From the NCBI GenBank assembly GCA_035084275.1, contig CM068757.1, positions 6,448,001 through 6,512,000 on the forward strand: 64,000 nt of DNA, written 5' to 3'. The stretch comes from Hydrolagus colliei (taxonomy: Eukaryota). The notes under the pieces are model-generated. The model had not been told where the DNA came from. It did no database searches and saw nothing but the letters and a program-made list of their open reading frames with translations. The position numbers and the translations under genes were made by a program. This document shows, in pieces, positions 1-13,000 of the stretch; within the stretch, counting starts at the first letter, position 1, and every line of letters begins with the position of its first letter.

Positions 1-3000
1 CTGGGCAGGATGGTAAATTTGGAGGCAAGACATGGAACATGTGCTGGAAATTGCGACCTTTTCTAACATGAGCACTGACGAATTGGAAATACTTCAGATC
101 TAGATTGAATGCACTTTTGAATTTACCAGGTGTGGATCCATCAATTTCTAGTCCAATCCTTTGTCAATCACCCAATTTCATTTAGAGGTCTTTGCCACCC
201 AAGTCTTCACTGTGTTAAGATTCTCTCAATCCTGAGCTTTGCACACAGTGAATCACAGGAATGTGAAAGGCCTAGCCCTTAATTAAATAAATCCATTAAA
301 TACACACTGGGCACTTCCCAAGAGTTTACAAATAAAACCTCTGCAGAATGCAGATAGAAGCAAGTTTAAATCCACTTTTACCAGCCAAGAATTTTAACGC
401 CACAATCACAGTCCTTAGGATACACAACTTTTACATTTTTGTTAAACTTCATCAAAGCAGACCATTTCTTTTATGCCCTTTTTAAAAAAAATTACTTAGT
501 CAATGGATTAAACAAATGACTCCATTACCTTTTCTAACCTGCAATCATTTGTTGTCATTGGCTAACGATAATACAGTATATGTAGTGCAGGACATAATCA
601 CAGTTCTTAAAGGGAGCCCTGTTGCTTTGGTGAATTAAGACATTCTAGCATCCTGTGCACAGGAGAGCAAACACACTGCGGAGGGAGTTTATGTTTCATT
701 GATAGCTGACAATTTACACTGGTTTGCATCTTTACACAATAATTTCCTTTGACTTTGTAAAGATGGATTCAAGATCACTGCTTTCAGTGATTATCTTGAG
801 ATGGACTCCAATGATACCAGCATCACCATTCATTAACTCAATTGTTCAAATAAGTAGTGTAGCGGTAACTCTGTTGGGAATTTTGTATTTTACCTCCTGC
901 CATCGAATTGGAAAACATTGCACTTTTGAAACCCCGTTTGCAGCATCTCTTTTCAATATTCCTTTAAACTATTGCATGCCATAATTCACCAATATAAATT
1001 AGTGTTCCTTTCAAAATCAACTATGGTGAATTTAACTATATGACTGACAACATCCACCCACTATCTTGATTGCTCAACTGGCTCATTTGCTAGTGTCATA
1101 CTTTTCAGTTCCACTATCCACTTAGACGGAAGAAATATGGACATTCGGGCCTTGGTTATGAAAGTCTTAGCCTTTCTAATTTACTTAATTTTTGTTATTA
1201 AACAAGTTGGCCAGTATTGTAGTTTAATGACCTGAGGGGATACAAGATAATGATAAATTATGGTTAATTATGGCCAAATTATGGATATCAAGGTAGAAAC
1301 ACAAACATTCCTAACTAGATTAATTGGCAGAAACTCCTGTTAATAATTGAGACATTAAGTGTTTTAATAGACTCAGGTGTTTGAAAGATTAGTTGCATGA
1401 TATTTTTCTTACACTTGTGGGTATGCTGGGCCCACCTAGGCAGTATATTAGAGTAAGAAAGACCTACATCCAACACTCGCAAACAAATTACAACCCCCAG
1501 CAAGTACTGGAGAATCACAGTCAAATATCCACCTCTTTACAAAGTAACAGGAGAAAGAAGACTGTATAGGTGAACGGCAGAACTATGTTGTGTGCACCTC
1601 AACGATGACTCCGGATTCAAGTGTAAGAATAATAATTCAAAATATAAACCTGTCAGATCCATCATTTGCTATCAATGAATTGGAAGTTACTAGCATAACC
1701 TGGCAAATCGAATGCAACAGAAAGCCTAATTGCAAATGCAAAATTGAAGTATTCCTGCCACGCGGACAAAGATATCCAAAACAAGCTTTAATTAATACTA
1801 ACATAAGGGGCTGCAGAGCTCCACGCGCATCGCTGGTGCCTCCCACTGCACTAGAAAGGTCAACTGATACAAGTTACATAACCAGAGTGAGCACATCAAG
1901 ATACAACCGTACATGGAGCACTTTTGACAAGAGTTAGTTAGCTGCCTTGGGTTCTGACGAGTATAATAAATGAGTTTGCCTTAATGTTTTAAAATTAATT
2001 ATAGGCTCACCGAGAAGCACCGATAAGATGACCTTTATACTTGGGTTGCTCTCAGCCTGAAAACATCTCTTCCCCGCGCATGGCTCTGTCTGCGCTTTCT
2101 AATAACAACACCGTTCTTCACGTTTCTTCGGTGTATAGGAGAAAAAATAAAATCAAAATTAAAGCTGTACTCTAAAGCCAACACATGCAGGCCTCAAACA
2201 GTTTAAATCCAGCATCAAACACAGTACATTTTAATAATAGTACAAGTACTTAAAGCCCAGGCAAGAGATACCACCTCCAATGCCTCAAGTTGGCAAATAA
2301 ACATGTTTATATAGCGCCTTTCAGTCAGGCGGACATCTCAAAAATGCCTCCACTAGCTAACCACAAACTCAATCTAGGAGGAAGGGGGAAACCTAAAAGA
2401 TAGATAGCAGAAGGAAAGTGGAGGGACTCAGGGATTGCAGAGCGCGGGGCAGTATTGCTAAAAGAACACCTACCAAACCTCAACTAAGGTATCACTATTG
2501 GCACAGCAACTGATCTTAATGCCAGAATTCCCCCTTTGTGGTCACGATCTGAGTATCTACTCAGGAACATTAGATTATGGCACTTTATACAACCCTCATG
2601 AGTTCCCCTTGTCCAAGAAGGAGCATGATGCAGTTCTTCCACTGCTCATCAATAGCAAGTACAATGAATTGTCAAACCACTGTAACAACTAGTATTTCAT
2701 CCCCCCTCTAATTGTCACATCTTTCTGCATTAATATGCCATTGTTGCACAGGACATATGGTGTAAATCATGGAATCAGTGTAGGTAATCTCCAGCATTTT
2801 CTTTCAAGCTTTTTTGATGCCAGGAATAATTTCGAGTACAGATTTTGACAAGTAGTTCCAACAGAGCATGACAGCGCTGGCACTGATATCCATGTCAGTG
2901 CCTCTTCCGAATGCTATAAACTCATCATGCATCTACTTCTCAGTTTCAGCTTCTCAGATTAGCCGGGGATTTCTTTTCTGATGGTATTCCTGTCCCTGAA

Positions 3001-3516
3001 TACAAGGCAAAGAGCAGTTACTGTATGCACTGAGCTGAATGAAATTTTTGCAGCAATCTATCATTCTATAAGTAACTTTGAGACTTTCATTTTTACAGGA
3101 GGAAACATTTGCTTCATTCATCGAACGTGCATCGGAACTTGGCAGCATTAAAATATCGATGGATTTAGAGAAGGGCAATTATTGCAGCAATGCACAAAAC
3201 CCCCCAAATATCATCTCGGTGTACACATTAACTTCAGATCTAGCACTTATCACATTCAACAGAAATTTATAATGCACTTTGAGCTTCGAGAAACACAACA
3301 TTTTCGATGACCAATTTGTAAAGGCAACATGACATCGATGTGATGGGATTCAAGTTCAACTGCTTTCTCTATACTCTTCACCAAGTTCTGTATCTTAGTT
3401 ATGATGCAATTATCTGGTGACAAGGATCGTAAAGGTATCGATTATGTCTCTTAGGGAAGTATCTTACACAATGTATCCCCAACATTTAAAATTCTAGATC
3501 TAATAATAATACAGGT

Positions 3517-3826
3517 AATAATATTTGTATTTGATATAGGGCTTTTCACATGTTCTAAAAGTCTCAAAGGCGCTTAACAGAATATACTGTAAAGTGAATT
3601 TACTGTATTTTTATGGGTGAAATGCAGCATCCAATTACACACAGCAGTGTCCCACAAATAGTCGTGAATTGAAACAACCAATTTATTATTGGGGTTTTCT
3701 TTCCAAGGGATCATTATCAGCTGTGTGGAGTAAAGAAACTTGCCCAAGGTTTCGCCCTGCCTGGAATCAAACCCAGGTCTCTTGCTTGCAAGGCCGAGTG
3801 CTCTAACCATTGAGCTACAGGACTCC
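3517..3826 (-). mobile_element. tRNA-derived SINE, full length (short subfamily)
   Basis: Head GGAGTCCTGTAGCTCAATGGTTAGAGC...GGTTTGATTCC (A/B boxes). Body and (TTA)n tail are shared with other copies in the window. Confidence 0.9.
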
Positions 3827-4565
3827 ACACAAAGCCTCTATCTAAACATTTGATTAGGGATTATGTTCTTCCAATGAATGTCTATCACTCTTTAGTGAAG
3901 TCAAGATATCAGATGCTGCCATGGTTGTGATTGCTGGGATTTTTAAATGAGTTAGTTTTGATCTCAGTCCAAAGAAGTGACAGTATGGTTTCCAAGTAAA
4001 TATTCTGATCACTATTCAAATGAATCATTCATTATGTTCTAAAATGTTCAAATATAATCTACATAGTTACGTTACAGTTGTTCTCATGGACTGAAAGATT
4101 CACCAAAAACAAGGCACCAAATCCACAATTTATTATTGCTGTCATTCATTATTTGAAATCAATTTCAAATAAATTTGTGGTGAAGATTACAATGTATTCC
4201 TTCCCTTTTCTATTGCAAGTTTAATCAGGCTGATCATTTTAGATTTATATCAGCAATTAGTGATAGATTGATTTTTTAAACAATACCAGCAGAATTATCA
4301 CAAACAAAAAACAGACATTATTCCTGTGCCACACTGCTATGAATACTGTACAACAATCTGCAAACATTTCATTGCTGCTTTCAACAGAGAACTGCAAAGT
4401 TGCAAAGACACAATTGTGGACAGTCCCATTTTCCAAAATTCCATCCCTCTCCATCTCTGGCAGTGAGAATTGGAGATTGGATGGAAAACAACATATTGGT
4501 GAACCTAAATCGGTAAATAGTTGGATGATTGTAAAAAGACTGAGGGTTGAACCTGCAGTCTTTAA

Positions 4566-4855
4566 AATAATAGTAATTCTTGCATTTGGTGTAGCGCCCT
4601 ATCACATCTTCGAAATGTCTCAAAAGACTTCACAGAAAATACTATAAAGTGAATCGACTGTATATTTTTGTGGACAAAACACAGCAGCTAGTGTCCCACA
4701 AACAGTTGTGGATTGAAGTGACCACTTTATTATTTTTTTTTGAATGAATTATTACTGCCGGAAATGTGGAAATCCAGGTTCCTACTTACTCCTTGGTAAA
4801 CACAGGCGTGTGCAGCTAGGAAACTTACCCAACATTTTGCCCTGTCAGGAATCAC
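4566..4855 (-). mobile_element. SINE, 5'-truncated (long subfamily)
   Basis: Same tail and body, plus the extra internal segment (plus strand cctacttactccttggtaaacacagg) also seen near 52330. Confidence 0.8.
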
Positions 4856-5754
4856 TAATGCCAACCCCCCATCCATATATTGGATCATTATGGTCCAATT
4901 TTGTTGATCACAGATCAACCAGTTCAAATAATTTATACCATGAAGTCAACAGCATTTGCCCAGCGATATTGATGTGTTATCTTGATAGATTCAGAACTTG
5001 GCAGTGGTCTACTCATGGAACTATTTATGGGGCATCCAGACATTACCAGAGCTTGCTTGATAATTCCACATTGACAGCTGTGATGAAAGCATTCTGACCT
5101 GCACTGTGCAACAATAATTGCACTGCTAACTGATCTGGAAGAGACTTTTTTTGGTACAAAGGCTTGCTGGTGCACGATTTCAAATGAAACAATGAGATAA
5201 CGCCTATTCGGAGAAGCCTCCAATCCACTGCAGCACTTTCCACATCATGTTCACAATTCCGAGGTAGAGAGAACAGAGAGCAATCTTAGTGAATGCAAAA
5301 GCCATTCATGTTGCCTGGAACACCTCATAATATTTCAGATTGTTCAGGGAGAACTAAAAAGTACATTTAACTCTAATGTTCTTTGGTAACTCTGAAACGT
5401 AATGTACAACAAAAATATAAGCATACAGTTTGAAAAGCTTCGATGTGATATTAAATCACATTTGAGCAATCTACTGCACATTGGCAGCTAAGAGGAAACT
5501 CAAAAGTGATGCCCTGGGGAAGGTACTCAATGCAAAAAGACTCCCCAAAACTCATCAAACCTCACCAGTTCACTGAAGGTTTGCATCCCTCGGAAATCAC
5601 TTAGAAAAGCTGAATTTCAATAACTACAGACATTACTCTACACTTTTTCTGTTCATTAGATGGGAGTCCAGAGTGTACTTTTATTTAATGCACTGACCAC
5701 TGCAATCACATGACATCCACTGAAACCTTGCGCAAAAGCCTGAAGAATTGTCTG

Positions 5755-6061
5755 AATAATAATAATATTAATAATCCTTGCAGTTGACAGTGCTTTTCAC
5801 ATCTTCCAGATGTCTCAAAGCGCTTCACAGAATATACTGTAAAGTGAATTAACTGTATATATGTGGGTGAAATGTGGTAGCCAATTGTTCACAGCGGCGT
5901 CCCACAAACAGTTGTGGATTGAAATGAACAATTTTTTAAATAGGGATTATTATCAGACGTGTGGAGTAAGGAAACTTGCCCAAGGTTTCGCCCTGCCTGA
6001 AATTGAACCCAGGTTTCTTGCTTGTAAGGTGAACGCTCTAACCACTGAGCTACAGGACACC
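5755..6061 (-). mobile_element. tRNA-derived SINE, full length
   Basis: Minus strand GTCCTGTAGCTCAGTGGTTAGAGC...GGTTCAATTTC...AAATGCAAGG-like end with (TTA)n tail. Confidence 0.92.
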
Positions 6062-6524
6062 ATGCCATAATGTTGGTAAACAACAACAATTACAACAAAA
6101 TTAGGATTCTGTAAATTGTTGCTGAACAGCAGCAATGTGTGCATGTGCAGTGTGTTGTGAAATTGAGATGACATTACAACTGTTGACTCAACCCTTCAGT
6201 CCTTCCTCAATCATCCAGCAATTTGCCTATAGAGTTATCATGCAAATCTGTTATTTCTGATTCTTTTTAACAAAGCAATGTATTCTATTCCCACATTAAA
6301 GGTAAATCACTCAGAGTTGGAAAGAGCATGAGAGCAATATTTATCCATGGATTAAGCTAGAGACTGTTATCAATCCACTTTGAGGCAACAAAACAACATG
6401 CTATGCTTCCAGCTCAGATTGTTCTACCAATTGGTGTTCTGATTTGCAGGTTTATGGGCATGACTAGATCTCAAATCTTACTGATGCAGCAGAAAGATCA
6501 ACCATTAAATAATGTTTAGGATTG

Positions 6525-6768
6525 CTCTAGCAGTAAGTGGGAACCCGGTTGTTAGTTGATTGTCGGATCACTTTTCCAGCGGTAATAATCCCTTAAAATT
6601 ATTTTTTAATGGTAATAATTTGGTTACTCAATCCATGCTGTGTGCAATTCCCTGCTGCATTTCTCCCACAAAATATACAGTCAATTCATTTTATAGTATA
6701 TTCTGTGAAGTGGAGACGTCCCGAAGACATGATAAGGCGCTATATCAAATGCAATTATTATTATTATA
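6525..6768 (+). mobile_element. SINE 3' two-thirds (long subfamily)
   Basis: ctagcagtaag...taataatccc...caatcc...tattctgtgaag...ataaggcgctatatcaaatgcaa(tta)n. Confidence 0.8.
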
Positions 6769-8171
6769 AATCATCCTTTCCTATAATGAAGTTACCTAGG
6801 CATCTCCCTGCTACACTTTGGCATCAGTGTTGCTCATTTCAATCCGGGCCTTATCAATTCCCCAAACTTCTTGGTACGCCTAGCTGTAATGGATATTACG
6901 ATTGGCTTTGAAAGCCTGCGTTATAGTGAAGGTGGCTGTACTTACACTCTAAGTGTTTTCAGTACAACACTTTTACTACCACACAATCCAAGCATCACAA
7001 GGGATGAGTGAGCCAATAAACAAAGCATACTCAACAAAACAGCAGTACTGTACTTTATTTCATTAACAATGCATCGAGTTGAGCAACCCAGTCCATCAGG
7101 GAGACTTGCAAATGACAGAAACACTAACAATATTATCTCAAATGTTTACTATGGATTAGCTACTGTGCCATTGGGCTACTGAGAAGAGCCATGGGAAAAG
7201 GACCTTTAAAAGCTGAACCAGAGTTTTAACCCTTCATAATAGTGCCACATAGTAGCCAACATAATTTTAACATTGGAAAAGCTAGCACCAATAGTGACTG
7301 CAGATATGTACACTGCATAATTCCATATACTTAGTGAAGAGTTTAATTCTTAGCTACGCAACAAGGGTTGAATTCTCATTAATCATTTCTAAATGTCATA
7401 CAAATTTCAAAGCGTGTTTTTTTTATTACAACAATGCATTACTATTTCATTAATACTATTCTAGTCAATTCATTTATTTAAGAATACCTAAGTGACATTG
7501 TCCTCATGTTTGATATTCTGTCTTGTGTAACCTGCTACCTAATTAACCTCTATAATGTTGATCATATTTGCATGCATTTGCATTGTAATGAGTTTCATTT
7601 TAACAGTTCTCCAGTGTTAGATTAATTAAATTGCAATATCATTAATCTTTTCCCAAATTATGATAAAATTTGGAATTCACTTTAATTCTGAGCATGATTT
7701 CCTTGCCATTTTTCTAAAGTTTCCATTTTAACTAAGGTGAGTTTTAATGAATGCAAAATTAGGATTATAGTAGATACTGTACTAGCCCGTGTCTAATCAA
7801 ACTGCAAATACACGCATAACCTTTACACTAATCAGCATGTATTTCATTACATCACAAAGTCTCATTTGTACTTATTCATGTCGTCCCCAAGAGATTTCAA
7901 AAGATCAGCTTGAGAAAATGGTAACAATCACCAGGAATTTCCAGCGACTAAAATAACAACAGGTAGATAGGAGGCAGCCAAAGACAATGACAGACTTGTG
8001 GAGAGGATTGAATGCTGAATTGTGTTACTGTGCTGTAACCTCTGCTCATGACAAGTTGCAGTAAATGGGAAATAACAACGGCAAAAGGCATTTCTGTCCT
8101 TTTGAAGAATGGCAAGGACGCAGAATGCGCAGAAACAGGACAAATGAAACCTTCCAACTAACAGGTAAAGT

Positions 8172-8252
8172 AAGTGTCTGAGTGAGCGAATGTCTGAGTG
8201 AGTGTGTGAGTGTGTGAGTGAGTGCGTGAGCGAGTGAGTAGGTGGAGTGAGC
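8172..8252. repeat. Degenerate (GAGT/GT)n simple repeat, a TCAC cluster on the BRSK2 sense strand
   Basis: gtctgagtgagcgaatgtctgagtgagtgtgtgagtgtgtgagtgagtgcgtgagcgagtgag. Confidence 0.85.
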
Positions 8253-9862
8253 TATTAAATTACACAATTCAGATATTTACAAACCTTTGGGAGCATGCTC
8301 TCATGGTTTAGGGCATCTTTTGTCTGGAAAGTTGCTGCCAGACATTCAACATAACCAATGGTCCATAACTAAGCTGCCATCCACTGTACTCCGCCTTCGC
8401 TCCTAAGTAGCACACGATTTATAGGAAAAGAGTGGAAGAGAGACATCTGCCCTTGAAATATTGGTTATCAATAACATGCAGGCACTTTTCATGTTTTGCT
8501 GCTCATTAGGATGACAAATGATAGTGCTGGCGTGTGTAGTATTTTACCATGTGCTTGTAATGAGGTACTTCCACTTTGATGGTTTGCTTCTCATGTCTTT
8601 GCCTGTTCTTCCTTGCCTTTACCTGTAACACACTGTTTCCTCATTACCACACTCCCAGCTATCTTTTATCACAGCTGGAAGAAACCCATATCCCCTGATA
8701 ACAAATCACCCACTGATTATCTTCGAACCTTCCGCTATTTGATAGATCAAATACAGATGATGAATCTCAATCAAATGAGGTTTGTCACCAGCCACACATA
8801 TTTATTTGTTTGTTTACGCAATCAAGCAAAGAGATTCAGGGTACAATATCTAACAACCGCATTACTTCCTAGTTGACCGTAGATATATTGCGTCATATCT
8901 ATTTTAGTTGCGTCACTGCAACTGAACAATAGTAATCAGATGGGTGCAGCACACCACTAGCCCTGGAGGATTACTCCCAAAACGCCACAGTATAGAACAA
9001 ACAGAAACTCCAATAGAGTGATAATCTCATTGACGAGTCCAATAGTAGATTGAAAAGGGTACGAAGTGTCCATAAGACTTCACAAGCACAGAACCAATGC
9101 TTTGCCAAACAAAGCTTTCCACCACAATTCCCTGTGCAGTTCTGCAATCACTCCAAATCCCTCAGCACTGATAGTATCCTAGCCATGTTTAACATCTAAA
9201 GAGACTCTCTTGTAACGATAATAATAATCAGGCCTGCATTTGTAATAGCGCTTCATCAGGTCGAAAATGATCTGCTCTTTTGCTGATCTGATCCTGGATA
9301 TTATTGGACCACTTTTGACAAGGCTGATGCCTTGAACAGTGTTCACGATGGAACAAAAACAAGAGTGCAGGGAGGTTTCATTTACGATAGAACTTAACTA
9401 GAAAAACAATTCAACAACTTTCACACAATTGGTTTAAAGAAAAATCGGCTGCGAGTGAACGGCAAATGGAATTTTCCAGTTGTACATGGTGTGCGTGACT
9501 TCAGCTGCGGATATTGCAAGAAGTTCTTCCACTTAAAATAACACTTTGCAAAGTCAAATTCGACATTTCTAAGGGAATTTGACTAATTATCATATTTTTG
9601 ATGCAATTCTCAAGATGAATCCCTTCCTGACGTTAATGAATGTACTTAGATGAAAGTCGGGCTGTATCAAAAGATTTTCTCTCAAATTAATACTTTTATG
9701 AAATTTTAATGGCATCCCAAAAGTAAAGAGCACACATGGATTCTGCCTTTTCCAGAATGGTGTGATCATTCTGAACAACTGTTGAATAACCATCTGGCAG
9801 CAAGCAATCCACACATTTGCATCAGCTACCCATTAATTCCAAAGCCGGGTGCTTGAAACTTA

Positions 9863-10054
<192 letters not shown>

Positions 10055-13000
10055 TTATATAGGGGAAAAAAAAGCGACATCATTTAAAGGTGTTACTCAA
10101 ACATTTCATACTGGGATACCATTCTGTTACAAGTAAGCACTGTTTTATGAAAGATTTTGTTTTTGCATTTTCCAAACAGCAACACAAATCATGCCAAAAC
10201 ACCGCATTGCACCATAACCAAAATACGCAGCGTGTTTCAAATGGTACCTGGATGTTACTGTGACTCTCTCTACTATGGAAGTGACCCGATTCAAACGACC
10301 CTACTTATCTCGGATACACAGTCGCTCTTCGCTTTGCTTGAGAGTCAACAAGAAGTGCCATATAATCCAGATAAAATGCAGACTGGAAGCAGTGCTGAGA
10401 TGAGCTTTCCAGCCCCCTATTTTATCCCTACAGCACACCCTGTATTTTGTACAAGCCTCTGATCGAAATACGTTTTTTTCCCCAAGGGTTCAAGGTTTCA
10501 TTTAGATTTTTCGATTGCTCGTGTTGTGCTACAAATCAATATTGAAGAGAATGGTTTACCATGAAAAAAAAACATGTTTACTGAAATACATCAACATATG
10601 ATTAAAGAAGACTCCGATGGTGTTGTTAAAACCAATTGAAAATAATAACTATGGATGGCACTGCATACTATTCCTCATTCCTTCCCGAGTCAACAAATGA
10701 TGGTGCTGTAGTTAGCAATTACATGGGCTGCTCTACATTACTTAATGCATAGTGCCATGGCTCTTCTATAGTAAAGTAGCAAAACGTATACATCAAACAA
10801 CTTTAAATAGACTCACTCCGAAGGTTGAGAGGTGACCTGAACAGAGTGGTTTTCTAATGTAAGCAGGGAGAAATTATTTCTACTGGTTAGTGAGTTGGGC
10901 TAGTAAGAGTTTGGGCCTAGCTGAGCAAGCAGCAACAAGTTTGCCAGAGTGTGTTCTCAATGGCAAGATATGTGGTTTTAACCGGTTAAACCCCAGCAGT
11001 TGCCTAATCCTGGGCTCTCAGCAATATGCTTCTAATACTGTACTCTTTGGAAGGTGAGCAAGGTGCATCCCTCAAAGGGAGAGTGCAATCATTGCCAGCA
11101 AATGTCCATGTGTAGGTGATATGCATATGTGGAACTTGGTCTGGTTTGGATATTCCCAAGCATGGTGATAGATTTCTGCATGTATCATACTGTGTATCCG
11201 GATGATTGCATTGCCTAATAATTTAGCACACTGTATACAAAAAAGCTTAATGTCAGTGTTGTAAGTTAACAAAATGTACAATCAAAGTGAAGCGTCGTCA
11301 GAAATACAAAAGGACAGTTCAATTTAGATTTTTAAAAACACATTCTCAAACAAAAAACCCTAAAAACCAATGACAAACCGACAAAAACTTCTGTTATAGT
11401 ATTTTACCCTGATCCAATATGTCTGGGATGGAAAAAAAAAGTACAATATAAGGATCTTTCTTTGAGAATAGGTCAAGTTAAAGTCAGTTTTTGACCTATT
11501 AAACTCCATTAAGCTCCAGAGCTGACAGCACCTGTTCAAAGCATGACATTTCATGCCACTTGTACATGTATTCAAAATTTGTTTGGAAGAAACTGAAAAC
11601 TCCTACACTGGCTATTTTATGAAGCAGAAAATGTTCCATTTGCTCTCCCTGCTTAAGCTCATTTGTCATTAAAAAAAAATAAAGGCCGTCAACAGCTTCA
11701 GGGCAATTTTTTAAATATACAATATATGGTCAACCTGACCCATTCGGCAATAAAATCAAACTGGAGGGAAGGAGCTCTTTCAGAAATTCTGAGCTTCAGC
11801 AGCATTTTTCTTTAAAAAAAGAATATACACCGCAATACTTCGCAATTTGTGCCATTCCTGTGAGGCATGACACGACCAACCGGCTTCTGCTACCTGCGAA
11901 GTATGCAGTAATACTTTGCCCACTGTGCAGAGAATCGAGTGATAACTTGCTTTTTTTTAAAGTAATATTTCCCCAGTAGGCCATCTATTTACTGAACTCT
12001 TGTAGTTTTATGGGCTGTGAAGTTGCACTTTCTGGGTGAAATCGGCAAGCGTTTTAGAATCCTGAGAGGTGAACTAAATAAAAGGGTACAAAAGAATATT
12101 GTTCCAATTTACCTGAAGTGGCGAGTCCATCATGCTGGTTATGTGATTGCTAATTCAAGGCACCAAAAATACATTTGTCCTTTGATAACTCGGCCTTTGC
12201 ACAAGAACAGATTGTGTAGGAGCTTGGGTCTACAATTATTTATACCGCATGTGTGCAGATTATTCGGAGAGTTTGAATGAGATGGTTTATTGTTCTGCCA
12301 ACACTATTTTGGATCGATCCTATGCCAACACTGACAGCTGTTGAGCTTTCATTTTATTCCAACTGATGAGTTCACACTAGGGATAGAAGGAGCTTAAACC
12401 AAAGCCATAGCCTACCCAATGCTAACAACTTAGAATTGAGCCAAAACTCAATTGAAAAGGAAATTTCACATTTTTCACATTCTATTCTCTCATTGGGTAG
12501 ATTCCTCTCCCTCAGTCTCTTACCAACTTTTTGCAAGTTTTCTTCTGTTCCTGCTTCTAATTCTTCCATCTCTCTTTCTGTCTCCTGTTCCCCGCTCCCC
12601 TCATCTTTGTTGCCTGGTCCATCTCATTCTCAACATCAATTCAGACTTCCGCCTCTTGAGTTCCTAATGAACTAAATTTTGTGTAAATGGATAGAACGTT
12701 TTGCTCCAAGGAGTGAGATGTACAAAGTGTGAACAGCTCGGTAACTGACATGGGGGTGGGAGAGAAGAGAAAGCAGGAGAAAGGCTGGCACTACGTTAGG
12801 AACCTTTGAGGAGAGAGACAATGGCTGGTATTGTGTAAAGGGCTGGCAGTGCAGGGGGAAGGAAGGAAGAGAGAGAAGTGTTGGCTTGACTTGGTGCTAA
12901 AGTGATAACTCGTCTCTGGTGGAAATTTTTTTTGGCTAGTATTGTACATTTACATATTGACCTGATTTCATGTTGCTTCATTTCCACACTGGGGCTGGTG

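Larger units (their letters stand above)
2700..5330 (-). mobile_element. Highly decayed hAT-superfamily transposase relic, interrupted by two SINEs
   Basis: Motifs occur in hAT order on the minus strand: FVCDNSA (4308-4288, like FVTDNAA), GIHCNLH (4200-4180, CxxH), PAIT/W (about 3937-3918, like PTRW), ALTWISVPALSCSV (2901-2860, like the C-terminal dimerisation motif). Many stops and frameshifts; no TIRs identified. Confidence 0.5.

Noticed and set aside
8065-8164. Plus-strand first exon MGNNNGKRHFCPFEEWQGRRMRRNRTNETFQLT ending CAG|gtaaag (nested antisense gene)
   Set aside because: No recognisable homology, promoter or downstream partner exon; compatible with chance.
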